63,987 nucleotides of DNA, filler included, from Caldilineae bacterium (GCA_037446815.1; 4 parts of 4 records of this genome joined end to end with filler, not necessarily neighbours in it), one strand, 5' to 3'. Numbered from the whole stretch's first letter, positions 30,448 through 40,707 are shown. Program-made: numbers and translations. The notes: generated by a model from the sequence alone, not told the origin.

Positions 30448-31011
30448 ATGCCGTACAACGAGGAACCCAAGGAGATTGACCACCTGCCCAACCCGAAATG
30501 GAGCAAGCAGTCCATAGACCTGCACCCGCGGCGGGCGCTGTTCCCGTGGTGGGTGTGGCCTGTGGCGATCCTTGCCGCCATTCTGACGTTTGTCATCGTC
30601 TGGTTTGGATTCGTGGCGCCGTCCCTGCGCGCGGGCGGGGTAGCAGCCCCTACTGCCACGCCGACACCGACACCAACCCCAATCGTGGCCCTGCCCACGG
30701 GCCTGCCGCCGGTTCCCCCGACATCGGAGCCCACGGTCGCGCCCACGAACACGCCGGAGCCGACCCGCGCGCCCAGCGGGACTATCACCGTGGGCGGCAA
30801 GGTGCGCGTAACAGGGACGGGGGCGGCCAGACTCAACGTGCGTCAGCAGCCGGGCACCCAGGCGGCCATCGTAACCCGCGCCGAGGATGGGCACGTGTTC
30901 ACCGTGCTGGAAGGCCCGCAGAACGCCGACGGCTACCAGTGGTGGAAGGTACAGGACGACCAGGGCGTGGTGGGCTGGGCCGCGGCCAACTGGCTGGAGC
31001 CCGTCCCGTGA
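30448..31011 (+). CDS. membrane-anchored SH3b-domain protein with Pro/Thr linker
   Basis: single TM; PTPT linker; LNVRQQPG...EGP...DGYQWWKV...GWAAANWL; GGAGG RBS. Confidence 0.85.
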   Translation: MPYNEEPKEIDHLPNPKWSKQSIDLHPRRALFPWWVWPVAILAAILTFVIVWFGFVAPSLRAGGVAAPTATPTPTPTPIVALPTGLPPVPPTSEPTVAPTNTPEPTRAPSGTITVGGKVRVTGTGAARLNVRQQPGTQAAIVTRAEDGHVFTVLEGPQNADGYQWWKVQDDQGVVGWAAANWLEPVP

Positions 31012-31020
31012 GCGCGGGGC

Positions 31021-31578
31021 CTAGTGGGCCGTGTGCGGCAGGGTGGGCTTGATGACGCTGCCGCAGTAGGCGCACTGGCCCACGCCCGGGCTGACCCACT
31101 TCAATTCGCTGGGGATGACCGGCGCGCCGCAGGAGGGGCACCTGTCGGGCAAGCGGGCGGCCAACGCGGCGGCCCGCACGTATTGGCGCTCGGTGAGGCG
31201 CGGGTGGCCCGACGGCTCGGGTTGGGCCTCGGCTTCCTGAAGCAGGCGGGCGGCCAGGTCCGAGTGGCCTCGCTCGGCGAGGATCGCGGCGGCCTGCTCG
31301 GCTACCGCCTGGATGCGGTCGGCACGGCCGGCCAGCGCCAGCAGGCTCATGGCGTGCAACGTTTCATCGGTCGCCTCGCGCGGGCGGCCCAGGCCCAGCA
31401 GGCACCGCGCCGCCTGGAGAAAGCCGTTGGCGGCGGGTTCGTACAGGCCACGTTCCTCCGCTTCGCGGGCCAGCGTGGTGAAGATGGGCAGCGCGTCGGC
31501 GTACTGACCGTCGCGGAGCAGTCGCTCGGCGCGCATCAGGGCTATGCGGGCGCGGGGTGCCCGCAGGGGTAGTCGCAT
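31021..31578 (-). CDS. TPR-like helical protein with C-terminal zinc ribbon
   Basis: Ala/Leu-rich helical repeats; CPSCG...CAYCG; GGGAGG RBS. Confidence 0.65.
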   Translation of the reverse strand: MRLPLRAPRARIALMRAERLLRDGQYADALPIFTTLAREAEERGLYEPAANGFLQAARCLLGLGRPREATDETLHAMSLLALAGRADRIQAVAEQAAAILAERGHSDLAARLLQEAEAQPEPSGHPRLTERQYVRAAALAARLPDRCPSCGAPVIPSELKWVSPGVGQCAYCGSVIKPTLPHTAH

Positions 31579-31807
31579 CGCCAACCTCCCTGTGCGAAGT
31601 TGCTCCAATAATAGCGCAAAGGGCAATCGCGTGCAACGTGCTGGCGCGGAGATCGCTTCGGGGCCATGCGCCCTCGCAATGACAGCCTCGCAGCCCCCAA
31701 ACATGCGCGGCGGGTTACCTGGCTTCGCTCGCAGCGGCGACTGGATGAAGCCGACTCGTCGGGCACGCTACGAAGCCTCACTGATGCGAACGGCCCCCGT
31801 TCGTCCG

Positions 31808-31833
31808 TGAACCGAAAGGCGTCGGCGTGCGTA
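31808..31833 (+). promoter_or_regulatory. ECF (SigW-like) promoter
   Basis: TGAACC-N16-CGTA versus the B. subtilis SigW consensus TGAAAC-N16-CGTA. Confidence 0.55.
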
Positions 31834-31874
31834 GTACTGTGGGCATTGGAATTGGTTCTGTTTAGGGAGGAAAT

Positions 31875-32387
31875 ATGAACCCAAAGCGTAGGTCTAATCT
31901 GGCCAGCGGGCTGGTGCTCATCCTACTGGGCGCGTGGTTCTTGGCGGAGCAACTGGTGCCGGGCCTGGAGATTCGCATCTTCGGCGAGGGCGGCTGGCCC
32001 TTGATCATCGTCAGCGTCGGCGTCCTGTTGCTGCTCATCGGCTTGCTGGCCGGCGTGCCCGAGATGGCCGTCCCGGCGTGCATCGTCGGCGGCATCGGCG
32101 GCCTGCTGTACTGGCAGAACGCGACGGACAACTGGGATTCCTGGGCCTACGCCTGGGCGCTTATCCCCGGCTTCGTGGGCGTGGGCACGCTGCTATCGGG
32201 CATCATCGCAGGCAAGCGCGGCGAGATTTCGGCGGGGGCGTGGCTTATCTTCATCAGCCTCGTCCTGTTCGCTACATTCGCATCGTTCTTGGGTGGGCCG
32301 AACCTGCTCGGCGCGTACTGGCCGGTGTTGCTCATCGTGTTGGGGCTTGCGATTCTGGCGCGGGGGCTTGTTCGCCCGCGGCGATGA
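31875..32387 (+). CDS. LiaF-TM/DUF5668-like membrane protein
   Basis: GLVLILLG..WPLII and YWPVLLIVLG TM motifs; GGGAGG RBS. Confidence 0.7.
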   Translation: MNPKRRSNLASGLVLILLGAWFLAEQLVPGLEIRIFGEGGWPLIIVSVGVLLLLIGLLAGVPEMAVPACIVGGIGGLLYWQNATDNWDSWAYAWALIPGFVGVGTLLSGIIAGKRGEISAGAWLIFISLVLFATFASFLGGPNLLGAYWPVLLIVLGLAILARGLVRPRR

Positions 32388-32514
32388 GCATATTCACCGC
32401 GGAGACAGGGAGGACGCAGAGAGATATTGGGCTAGGGTGAGGGGCTGGCCGTGCGCAAGCGGGTCGCGCAGGGCTGACCCTGAGGGCATCTATCATACAC
32501 AGGGAGGGTCTGAC

Positions 32515-33162
32515 ATGAAGCGGTGGGACTTGCGGGTGGTGTTCGGGGCGATTCTGGTGCTATCCGGCGTGTTGTTCCTGCTGGACAATCTGGGGGTGCT
32601 GAAGGGCGCGGGCGACCTGTTCTGGGCGGTGCTGTTCGCCGTCGCGGGCGGCGCGTTCATCTGCCGATTCGCCACCGACCGCCAGCACTGGTGGGCGCTC
32701 ATTCCGGGCTTCACCTTGCTGGGGCTGGCGACAGTCCTCGCGCTGGAGTTGCTTCCACTGGGCGACACGGGGGCCATCAGCGGAGGTCTGTTCCTGGCGT
32801 CCATCGGCGCGGCGTTCTGGGCCATCTACCTGACGCGGCGCGACTTCTGGTGGGCGCTGATACCGGGCGGCGTGCTGGTAACGCTGGGCGTGGTGGCGGC
32901 CATCGGCGAGAAGGTGAAGGGCGAGGCCGTGGGTGGCATCTTCTTCCTCGGGCTGGCGGCCACCTTCGGCGGGCTGTGGGCCTTGCCGATGACTCAGGGG
33001 CGACAGACGTGGGCGGCGATACCGGCGGTCATTCTCGGCATCATGGGTGTGGCTCTCCTGGCGGGGGCCGCGGTTGGACTGTCGTACGTCTTGCCAGCGG
33101 CGCTTATCATCGTGGGGCTGTATCTCCTGTGGCGGGCGCTGGTCCCGCGCGCGGGCGGGTAG
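32515..33162 (+). CDS. polytopic membrane protein (WWALIPG repeats)
   Basis: about 8 TM segments; GAILVLSGVLFLLDNLG; repeated WWALIPG; GGGAGG RBS. Confidence 0.7.
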   Translation: MKRWDLRVVFGAILVLSGVLFLLDNLGVLKGAGDLFWAVLFAVAGGAFICRFATDRQHWWALIPGFTLLGLATVLALELLPLGDTGAISGGLFLASIGAAFWAIYLTRRDFWWALIPGGVLVTLGVVAAIGEKVKGEAVGGIFFLGLAATFGGLWALPMTQGRQTWAAIPAVILGIMGVALLAGAAVGLSYVLPAALIIVGLYLLWRALVPRAGG

Positions 33163-33171
33163 GAGGGTGTC

Positions 33172-33648
33172 ATGGAAACAGGGCAGAATCAGGGTTCGCG
33201 GAGGCTGACCCGCAGCACTACAAATCGTGTTATCGGGGGCGTGTGCGGCGGCCTGGGCGAGTATCTGGGGATTGACGCGGGCCTGGTGCGCATCTTCTTC
33301 GTCCTGCTGGGCATCGGGCGCGGGGTTGGCGTGCTCATCTACCTGCTGTTGTGGCTGCTGATTCCGCGCGAGGATGTGGAGACGGCGGCGGCGACCGAGG
33401 CTACCATCCGCGCCGGCGCCGACGAGATGGCCGAGCGCGCCCGCACCGCCGGCTCCGAGTTCCGCGAGGCGTGGGCGCGCGATTCACACCCGCTGCTCGT
33501 CGCCATCGGCGTGGGGCTCATCATCTTGGGCGGGCTGGCCCTGCTGGAGGCGCTCCATATAACGTGGCTGTGGTGGCTGAGTTTTGACACGCTGTGGCCG
33601 GTGCTGCTCATCGTGGCAGGGCTGGTCATCATCTTGCGCCGCCGCTAG
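33172..33648 (+). CDS. pspC: PspC-domain protein
   Basis: RLTRS..NRVIGGVCGGLGEYLGID..LVRI...YLLLWLLIP. Confidence 0.88.
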   Translation: METGQNQGSRRLTRSTTNRVIGGVCGGLGEYLGIDAGLVRIFFVLLGIGRGVGVLIYLLLWLLIPREDVETAAATEATIRAGADEMAERARTAGSEFREAWARDSHPLLVAIGVGLIILGGLALLEALHITWLWWLSFDTLWPVLLIVAGLVIILRRR

Positions 33649-33686
33649 GCCATCATGGCCGGTGGCGATTTGTAAGGAGGCTTCGC

Positions 33687-34595
33687 ATGGAAGGCAAACC
33701 GCGACGAGGCGGGCTGGTGTGGCCCGTGATTCTCATCGGGCTGGGGATCGTGTTCTTGCTGAACAACCTGGGCGTGCTGCCGTGGGACATTTGGGGGACG
33801 CTCCTGCGGATGTGGCCGGTGATTCTCATCGCCATCGGCCTGGACCTGGCCATCGGTCGGCGGTCGGTGTGGGGGGCGGTGGTGGCGCTTGTGCTCATCG
33901 TGCTGGTGCTGGCGGGCGGGTTCTGGCTCGCGTACAATGTGAGCGGTCCGGCCGTTGCGACGACCGAGACGGTGGCCTATCCGCTGGGCGACGCCGGACG
34001 GGCGAATGTGGAGATTGCCCAGGCTGTGGGCGAGATGCGCGTGCAGGCGCTGCCCTCGGGATCTGCGAACCTGGCGCAGGGGGCGCTCCAACTGGCCCGT
34101 GGCGAGAAGGTAACGAAGGTCTTTAGCAGCGGGGATATGACGCGCCTGTCCATCAAGAGCGACAAGAAGAACTGGGGCCCCGATGTGGTAGGCTGGAAGA
34201 ACGCCCGCGTCTGGGATTTGGCGCTGAATGGCGACGTGCCGATGGTGTTGGAGTTGGACTTGGCGATGGGCGAGATGACCGCGGACCTGTCGGGCCTGGA
34301 CGTGAGCGCGGCAGAGGTCAACCTGGCGGTCGGCGAGGCAGTCGTGCGCCTGCCATCGCAGGGGAATGCTGCGGTCAAGGCCGATTTGGCCATCGGCAAC
34401 CTGGTGGTTGAGGTGCCGCGCGGGTTGGAGGTGCGCGTGCGGTCGGGCGCGGCGCTGGCGGGGCGGTCGTTCCCGTCGGGCTGGACGCGGAGCGGCGATG
34501 TGTACACGTCGCCCGGATACGCGACGGCGGCGAACCGCGTGGAACTGGAGGTCAACGTGGCCATCGGCAACCTGACGGTGCGGATGGCCCCGTAG
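33687..34595 (+). CDS. LiaF-like protein (N-terminal TM + toast-rack beta domain)
   Basis: WPVILIGLG..LLNNLG TM region, then repeated LAxG/LDLS beta motifs; AAGGAGG RBS. Confidence 0.78.
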   Translation: MEGKPRRGGLVWPVILIGLGIVFLLNNLGVLPWDIWGTLLRMWPVILIAIGLDLAIGRRSVWGAVVALVLIVLVLAGGFWLAYNVSGPAVATTETVAYPLGDAGRANVEIAQAVGEMRVQALPSGSANLAQGALQLARGEKVTKVFSSGDMTRLSIKSDKKNWGPDVVGWKNARVWDLALNGDVPMVLELDLAMGEMTADLSGLDVSAAEVNLAVGEAVVRLPSQGNAAVKADLAIGNLVVEVPRGLEVRVRSGAALAGRSFPSGWTRSGDVYTSPGYATAANRVELEVNVAIGNLTVRMAP

Positions 34596-34689
34596 GGCAG
34601 AGGCGCGCCCGCCTGATACGATGTGCGCTTGGGCTGTGGCGAGCGCGGGGCATGCTGTGAAGGGTTGGCGCGCGGAGAGAGGAGAGAGC

Positions 34690-35130
34690 ATGAAGGCTTT
34701 GGTCGTGTATGATTCGTTGCACGGAAATACGGAGGGCATTGCCCGTGCGGTGGCCGAAGCAATGGGTGAGGGGACACGGGCGCTGCGCGCACGCGAAGCG
34801 GCAGCGGACGCGGTGGCCGCGGCGGACCTGGTAGTGCTGGGCGCGCCGACGCACGGAGGCCGGCCGTCTCCAGCCATGCAGGAGTTCCTGGCTCGCGTGC
34901 CGGAAAGCGCATGGGCAGGCAAGCGGGTGGCCGTGTTTGACACGCGCCTGCCGGCGAAGTGGGTGCGCATCTTCGGGTTCGCCGCGCCCAAGATGGCCCG
35001 CCGCCTGCAGAGGCTGGGGGCGATATTGGCCGCGCCGGCGGAAGGGTTCTTCGTCAAAGCCACGGCGGGGCCACTGCTGGCGGGCGAGGAGCAGCGCGCT
35101 GCAGCGTGGGCGAGGAATCTGGCGCGGTAG
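34690..35130 (+). CDS. flavodoxin-family protein
   Basis: VYDSLHGNTEGIA, GAPTHG and AVFDTR motifs. Confidence 0.88.
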   Translation: MKALVVYDSLHGNTEGIARAVAEAMGEGTRALRAREAAADAVAAADLVVLGAPTHGGRPSPAMQEFLARVPESAWAGKRVAVFDTRLPAKWVRIFGFAAPKMARRLQRLGAILAAPAEGFFVKATAGPLLAGEEQRAAAWARNLAR

Positions 35131-35161
35131 TCGCGGCGCAAACCGCCGGTGGTGCAAATGT

Positions 35162-35196
35162 ATGTAGGGGGTGCAACTGAATTGCGCCCCCTACAT
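35162..35196. repeat. GTAG-type REP hairpin between convergent genes (possible terminator)
   Basis: ATGTAGGGGGTGCAA-CTGAA-TTGCGCCCCCTACAT. Confidence 0.7.
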
Positions 35197-35229
35197 GTGT
35201 GCCCGATAGTTGCGCCTGTGCGTTGTGTC

Positions 35230-36087
35230 CTATACGTTGGAGGGACGGCGACGACCCAGGCGCAGGGCGGGGATTTTCCACCCGCCCTCGCCGCCGACGC
35301 GGATGTCGCGCCGCACGAATTGCCACCATGCTAGGGCCGCGAACACCGCCGCCGCGGCCACCAGCCAGCCAAACCACTCCCAGTTCATGTGGGTAACCGC
35401 TAGCCCGCCCTGGTAGTACTTCAGGGGCAGGTACTTGGCGATCTTGGCCACGTCGGGGTCAAGTTCGGCCATGCCGTTGATGAAGAAACAGGCCACCAAC
35501 ACCAACCCCCCGGCCGACGCCGCCAACCGACGCGACGGCAATACCATGCTGAAGAACAGCGATATCGCGCCGAACAGCAGCAACTGGGCCAGCAGCGACA
35601 GGTTGGGCAGCCACATCTCGCCCCAGCCGAAGTTCATGTACGTGGACCACTCCATGCCGATCATCGTGCCCAGCCACATGAGGGCGAGGATGGCGAGAGT
35701 CGTTGCCACGAATGCCAAGAGTCGCCCGAAGAACAGGCCTGTGCGCCCAATGGGGTGCCCCATGACGAGGTCCAAGAATCCCTTTTCCTCATCCGCCGCG
35801 AGCAGGCCGCTGCCGGCCAACACCGCAAAGATGCCCAGCACCAGCGGCATGTACGAGTACAGTTCCACGTTCAGGAACCCCTCGGGGGAGAAGAAGTCGG
35901 TGAAGCCGCCGAAGAAGGCGAAGATCTCCTTGGGGTAGACGGAGAGCAACTTGTCCAACTCCGCCTTGTTCTTCGCCAGTGAGTCGTAGAACGATGTCAA
36001 CCACATCCCCAACAGGCCGAGGGTCAACCCCCAGCCGAGGATGGTCCCCCTGGATCGGCTTACGGCATGACGGAACACGGTCAGCAT
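35230..36087 (-). CDS. ABC-2 type permease
   Basis: LAADEEKGFLDLVMGHPIGR motif; 6 TM segments; AAGGAGG RBS. Confidence 0.88.
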   Translation of the reverse strand: MLTVFRHAVSRSRGTILGWGLTLGLLGMWLTSFYDSLAKNKAELDKLLSVYPKEIFAFFGGFTDFFSPEGFLNVELYSYMPLVLGIFAVLAGSGLLAADEEKGFLDLVMGHPIGRTGLFFGRLLAFVATTLAILALMWLGTMIGMEWSTYMNFGWGEMWLPNLSLLAQLLLFGAISLFFSMVLPSRRLAASAGGLVLVACFFINGMAELDPDVAKIAKYLPLKYYQGGLAVTHMNWEWFGWLVAAAAVFAALAWWQFVRRDIRVGGEGGWKIPALRLGRRRPSNV

Positions 36088-36148
36088 GATGCAATCCTCC
36101 TTACTCTTCTCGGTCCGGCGCAGGGTTGGGCGAAAACGGGACTTGCGC

Positions 36149-37024
36149 CTACGCGACCGGGCGCGCTTCGGCCGGTCTGCGTCGGGCGGGGCGCAGACGC
36201 GCGGGGAGCGGCAGCCGCCACCCGCCTTCGCCGGCAACGCGGATGTCCCGTCGCTCAAATCGCCACCACGCCAGCAGCACGAACACCACCGCCGGCACCA
36301 CCAGCCCCACGACCCAGCCGACGTTCAGGCCGAAGGCGGCCTGGGCGCCCTGATAGTAGGCGTAGGGTAGGAGTTCCGACACTCGCTGCAGGCTTGGCTC
36401 AATCTCGGCCATGCCGTCCACGAAGAAACTGGCAATGGCAACGAACAGCGACACCGACCAGGCCATGCGCCGCGACGGCAGCACCATGCTCAACAGCAGC
36501 GCCAGCGCGCCGAAGATGAGCACGGTGGCGAACAGGGAGACCATCGGCCAGAGCATCTGAATCGGCGTAACCTGAAGGACGGCCCGGTCCATGAACAGCG
36601 AGATGGCCGCCCACATGATGAGCAGAATGGCGACGAAGGCAACGACGAAGGCGAGGAACTTGCCGAAAAAGAGGCTCCGGCGGCTCACCGGGTGCGCCAG
36701 GACCAGGTCCAGCAGGCCCGTCTCCTCGTCGCCCGCCAGCAGGTTGCTGCACGCCAGCATGGCGAAGATGCCTAGGATGATGGGCATCAGCGAGAAGAAC
36801 TTGATGTCCAGCATGCGGAACGGCGTCAACGTGGACAAGTCAATGCCGAAGAACTCAAACAACTCGGGCGGGAAGTACCCCATGACCTGCTTCAACTGCT
36901 CCATCTGCGCCTGGAAACTGTTGAACACGGACGTGAAGTAGGCGCCCAGCAGGCCCAGGGATATGCCCCAGCCCAGGATTTGCCCGCGCATGTGAGCCAG
37001 TTCATGCCGAAACGTCGCCCACAT
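36149..37024 (-). CDS. ABC-2 type permease (paralog of the downstream gene)
   Basis: LAGDEETGLLDLVLAHPVSRR; shares the RRDIRVxGEGGW tail with its neighbour. Confidence 0.88.
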   Translation of the reverse strand: MWATFRHELAHMRGQILGWGISLGLLGAYFTSVFNSFQAQMEQLKQVMGYFPPELFEFFGIDLSTLTPFRMLDIKFFSLMPIILGIFAMLACSNLLAGDEETGLLDLVLAHPVSRRSLFFGKFLAFVVAFVAILLIMWAAISLFMDRAVLQVTPIQMLWPMVSLFATVLIFGALALLLSMVLPSRRMAWSVSLFVAIASFFVDGMAEIEPSLQRVSELLPYAYYQGAQAAFGLNVGWVVGLVVPAVVFVLLAWWRFERRDIRVAGEGGWRLPLPARLRPARRRPAEARPVA

Positions 37025-37025
37025 G

Positions 37026-37949
37026 TTACTCCTCCGTTTTGTGGCTGTTGCGCTCGTCCTCGTAGTAGGCCAGGAAGATTTCCTCCAGCGACGGGCGCTC
37101 GGTCTCAAAGTCCACCACCGGATACGCCGCCACGGCCTTTAGCAAGGCGTCCATCTCGCCCTCTACCTGGAGCGTTACGGCTCTGCCGTTGTCTCGCTTC
37201 AGGAGCGAGACGCCGGGAACCTGGGTGAGCGCGGTCGGGTCCACGTCGTGGCGGAATTGGATGCGGACGCGGCGCATGGAGCGGTTGATGAGCGTCTGCA
37301 CGCCTGCCACCTCCACGATCTTGCCGCGGCGGATGATGCCTACGCGCTCGGCCACGGCCTGCACCTCGCTCAGGATGTGCGAGGAGAAGAAGACCGTCGC
37401 GCCGTTGCGCTTAGCCTCCACCAGCAGGCGAAGCACCTCCTGCTGCATCAGCGGGTCCAGGCCGAAGGTCGGCTCGTCCAGCATGAGGAGTTCGGGTCGG
37501 TGCATGAGGGCCTGAATCACGCCCACCTTGATTTTGTTGCCCTTGGATAGGTTGCGGATGGGTCGCTTGAGGTCCAGGTCCAGGCGTTCGGCCAGTTCAC
37601 GGACGTACTTCCAGTCGGCCTTGCGCCCGCGGAGTTCGTTCAAGAAGTGCAATTGGGCCTCGCCCGTGAGGTTGTCGTCCAGTTGCAACTCGCCGGGGAG
37701 GTAGCCGGTGCGCGCTTTGACGGCGACGGGGTTGGCCTGGGGGTCTATGCCCAGGACGCGGATGCTACCCCCATCGGGGCGGATGAGGTCCAGCGCGCAG
37801 CGGATGGTGGTCGTCTTGCCTGCGCCGTTGGGGCCCAGGAAGCCGAAGATCTCGCCCCGCTGCACCTCTAGGTCTATGCCTCGGAGCGCACGGACCTTGC
37901 CGTAGGATTTGGTGAGCCCATGGATTGCGATTGCGGGTTGTTCAGCCAT
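37026..37949 (-). CDS. ABC transporter ATP-binding protein
   Basis: GPNGAGKTT, LSKGN, LDEPT and SSH motifs; GAGGAGG RBS. Confidence 0.93.
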   Translation of the reverse strand: MAEQPAIAIHGLTKSYGKVRALRGIDLEVQRGEIFGFLGPNGAGKTTTIRCALDLIRPDGGSIRVLGIDPQANPVAVKARTGYLPGELQLDDNLTGEAQLHFLNELRGRKADWKYVRELAERLDLDLKRPIRNLSKGNKIKVGVIQALMHRPELLMLDEPTFGLDPLMQQEVLRLLVEAKRNGATVFFSSHILSEVQAVAERVGIIRRGKIVEVAGVQTLINRSMRRVRIQFRHDVDPTALTQVPGVSLLKRDNGRAVTLQVEGEMDALLKAVAAYPVVDFETERPSLEEIFLAYYEDERNSHKTEE

Positions 37950-38123
37950 ACGCCCCTCCTCAAGGATGCGATGCGCGCGGTCAGGCGCACTATGTATATC
38001 GCGGTGCGGGCCGCGAGGTTCACGCTGCGCACGGCGGTTACTCGCGCCGCAACGAGCCGACGATTGCATATCATATCCAAAATCGGCGGGAGTGCAAGAG
38101 CGGCCAACCGAAAACGCAGGGGC

Positions 38124-38450
38124 TATCCACGGATAACGCGGATTGGGCGGATGGGGCACGTGCGGCGCACCTCCGAGGTGCATCGCACGTTGTCCTCTCA
38201 TGTCATTGCGAGCGAAGGGGGGCAGTCTCACGTCCCGCGGGCGAGATTCTTCGCGGCTTCGCGGCTCAGAATGACCGTTCTGGTAACCGCGAACAACGCG
38301 AATCTGCGCGAATAGGATAGGGGCAGCCCCGAGGGGGCTTCCTCCCCACAGCGCGGGGGTTTGGCCCCGCGCGGTCGTGCTCCCTCGCCCGCTGGGAGAG
38401 GGCTGGGGTGAGGGGCACGTGCGACGCACCTCCGAGGCGCGTCGCACGTT
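38124..38450. repeat. mixed REP cluster
   Basis: CCACGGATAAC.., two GTGCGxCGCACCTCCGAGG..CGCAC palindromes, GTCATTGCGAG, GAGATTCTTCG..AGAATGAC and CCCTCGCCC..GGGAGAGGG. Confidence 0.75.
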
Positions 38451-38599
38451 GTCGGCCATCCGTGCTTGTCCGTGCCCTCTGGATTCTCTACGGTGAATGT
38501 TAGCCCCACGTGGGCCGCGCTTTCTCGGGCGTGTGGCTGGTCATGTGCATGTGCTGGCGGAGCGGGCCGTGGTCCTCGCGCACGCCGAACACGAGCAGG

Positions 38600-38699
38600 N
38601 NNNNNNNNNNNNNNNNNNNNNNNNNNNNNNNNNNNNNNNNNNNTTAATTAATTAANNNNNNNNNNNNNNNNNNNNNNNNNNNNNNNNNNNNNNNNNNNN
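38600..38699. other. artificial contig linker
   Basis: N44-TTAATTAATTAA-N44. Confidence 0.98.
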
Positions 38700-39035
38700 T
38701 GCTTCGGGCGCTCCGCGCCCTCGCAATGACAAATAGCAACAGACTTTGGAACCGAATCCGGACGTGAGACGCGGGTGCGTGTTGTCGCGAGCGAGGCGAT
38801 GTCAGAGGGTTGCATCCACGAATAACACAAATCTACACAAATGGGGATGGGGAAGGACAAACCTCACCCCTCGTTACACCTGTCCGCCGGCGGAGAGGGG
38901 GAGGCCGAAGGCCGGGGGTGAGGTACGCCCGCAGGCGGGAGATTCTTCGCGGCTTCGCCGCTCAGAATGACAGTTGCTGCGGGCGAAGCAACCTCGTGAG
39001 AAGGTATCCACGAATCTACACGAATGGGCTGGATG
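38700..39035. repeat. MITE right end plus mixed REP cluster at contig start
   Basis: CTCGCAATGACAAATAGCAACAGACTTTGGAACCG (ends 38754); CCACGAAT repeats; GAGATTCTTCG..AGAATGAC. Confidence 0.75.
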
Positions 39036-39054
39036 GGTGTGCCTGGGGGCGCAC

Positions 39055-39083
39055 TTGACTTTTCGCACAACTATTGCTACTCT
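39055..39083 (+). promoter_or_regulatory. sigma70 promoter of the min operon
   Basis: TTGACT-17 bp-TACTCT with extended TG. Confidence 0.6.
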
Positions 39084-39144
39084 ATGTGCGATCGTTTCGC
39101 TTTGCCGTCTGCGCGACAGAGCATCGCCCGCATTGGGGGTGTCC

Positions 39145-39807
39145 ATGGCGAATGGCGTCAAAATCAAAGGCACGCGCGATGGGCTTTTGGTGAGCCTGGG
39201 CGCGGGCGACCTTGCCTTGCTGTTGGCCGACCTGCGCGCGCAGTTGAATCGCTCACCGGCGTTCTTCCAGGGCGGCAAGGTGGCCTTGGCCGTGGGCAGC
39301 CGACCCATGACCCGGACAGACCTCCAGCAGATTTGTGATGTGCTGGGCGAACTCGGCATCAGCATCTGGGCGGTCATCAGCCAGTCGCCCATGACTCGGG
39401 CTGCCGCGCGCGAATTGGGATTGGCATCGGCGTCGCCGCCCGACGAGGCCCCATCGGATTTGGACGCTGGGCAGGAGGCTGCCGTCATCGTCCGACGGAC
39501 GCTTCGCTCGGGGCAGAGCGTGCGCTATCCGGGGCACGTGGTTGTGGTGGGCGATGTGAACCCGGGGGCGGAAATCGTCGCGGGCGGCGACATCATCGTG
39601 TGGGGCAAGTTGCGGGGCACCGTCCATGCGGGCGCCATGGGCGACGACTCGGCGGTTGTGGCGGCCCTGCAATTGCAGCCCATGCAGTTGCGCATCGGTG
39701 GGAACATCGCGCGCTCTCCCGAAGCCAACAAGACGAAGCAGAGGGTGCGCCCTGAAGTGGCACGCGTGCAGGGTACGGAAATCGTGGCCGAACCCTGGGA
39801 GCCGTGA
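39145..39807 (+). CDS. minC: septum site-determining protein MinC
   Basis: VKIKGTRDGL; RTLRSGQ...GDVNPGAEIVAGGDIIVWGKLRGTVHAG; QLRIG. Confidence 0.93.
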   Translation: MANGVKIKGTRDGLLVSLGAGDLALLLADLRAQLNRSPAFFQGGKVALAVGSRPMTRTDLQQICDVLGELGISIWAVISQSPMTRAAARELGLASASPPDEAPSDLDAGQEAAVIVRRTLRSGQSVRYPGHVVVVGDVNPGAEIVAGGDIIVWGKLRGTVHAGAMGDDSAVVAALQLQPMQLRIGGNIARSPEANKTKQRVRPEVARVQGTEIVAEPWEP

Positions 39808-39832
39808 ACTTCCGAAGAAGGAGAGTCCGAGG

Positions 39833-40633
39833 ATGCCGGGCAAAGTGATTACCATAACCTCTGGAAAAGGCGGCGTGGGGAAGACCACCGTAACCGCGAA
39901 CCTCGGCATGGCGCTGGCCCAGCACGGTCAGCGCGTCGCCGTCGTGGATGCGGACATCGGCCTTCGGAACCTGGACGTCGTCATGGGCTTGGAGAATCGC
40001 ATCGTGTACGACCTGGTGGACGTGGTGGAGGGGGTGTGTCGCCTGCGCCAGGCCCTGATTCGCGACCGCCGCGTCAACGAACTGTACCTGCTCCCCGCGG
40101 CCCAGACTCGCGACAAGACGGCGGTCAGCCCGGCGGATATGATTCAGGTCTGCGAGCAACTCCGCCGCGAGTTTGACTACGCCCTCATAGACTCGCCCGC
40201 CGGGATTGAGCAGGGGTTCCAGAACGCCGTCGCCGGGGCCGATGAGGTCATCATCGTTACGACGCCCGAGGTGTCGGCTGTGCGCGACGCCGACCGCATC
40301 ATCGGTCTCATAGAGGCGCAGGAGAAGGGGCCCGGCTCGCTTATCATCAACCGCCTCAAGCCCGAGATGGTGCGGCGGGGCGACATGTTGAGCACGGAAG
40401 ACGTGGTGGAGATCCTGGCCATCAAGTTGCTGGGCATCGTTCCGGAGGATGAGGCCATCGTCATCTCCACGAACCGAGGGACGCCTATCGTGCTGGATGG
40501 GCGGTCGCCGGCTGCGCAGGCATTGGACAACATCGCGCGGCGCATCATGGGCGAGGATATCCCCATGTACCAGCCCGCGCGCGAAGAGGGGTTCTTCTCG
40601 CGCCTGGCCCGTATGGTGCGCGGCGGCGAGTAG
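39833..40633 (+). CDS. minD: septum site-determining protein MinD
   Basis: SGKGGVGKTT, DIGLRNLD, DSPAGIE and SAVRDADR motifs; amphipathic GFFSRL tail. Confidence 0.96.
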   Translation: MPGKVITITSGKGGVGKTTVTANLGMALAQHGQRVAVVDADIGLRNLDVVMGLENRIVYDLVDVVEGVCRLRQALIRDRRVNELYLLPAAQTRDKTAVSPADMIQVCEQLRREFDYALIDSPAGIEQGFQNAVAGADEVIIVTTPEVSAVRDADRIIGLIEAQEKGPGSLIINRLKPEMVRRGDMLSTEDVVEILAIKLLGIVPEDEAIVISTNRGTPIVLDGRSPAAQALDNIARRIMGEDIPMYQPAREEGFFSRLARMVRGGE

Positions 40634-40707
40634 TGCACCGTTCAACCGTATCCTGACGTTTCGCCCGGCCAGTCGGCACGGAGCGCAAGTCAAGCGAGGG
40701 GGAAGGG

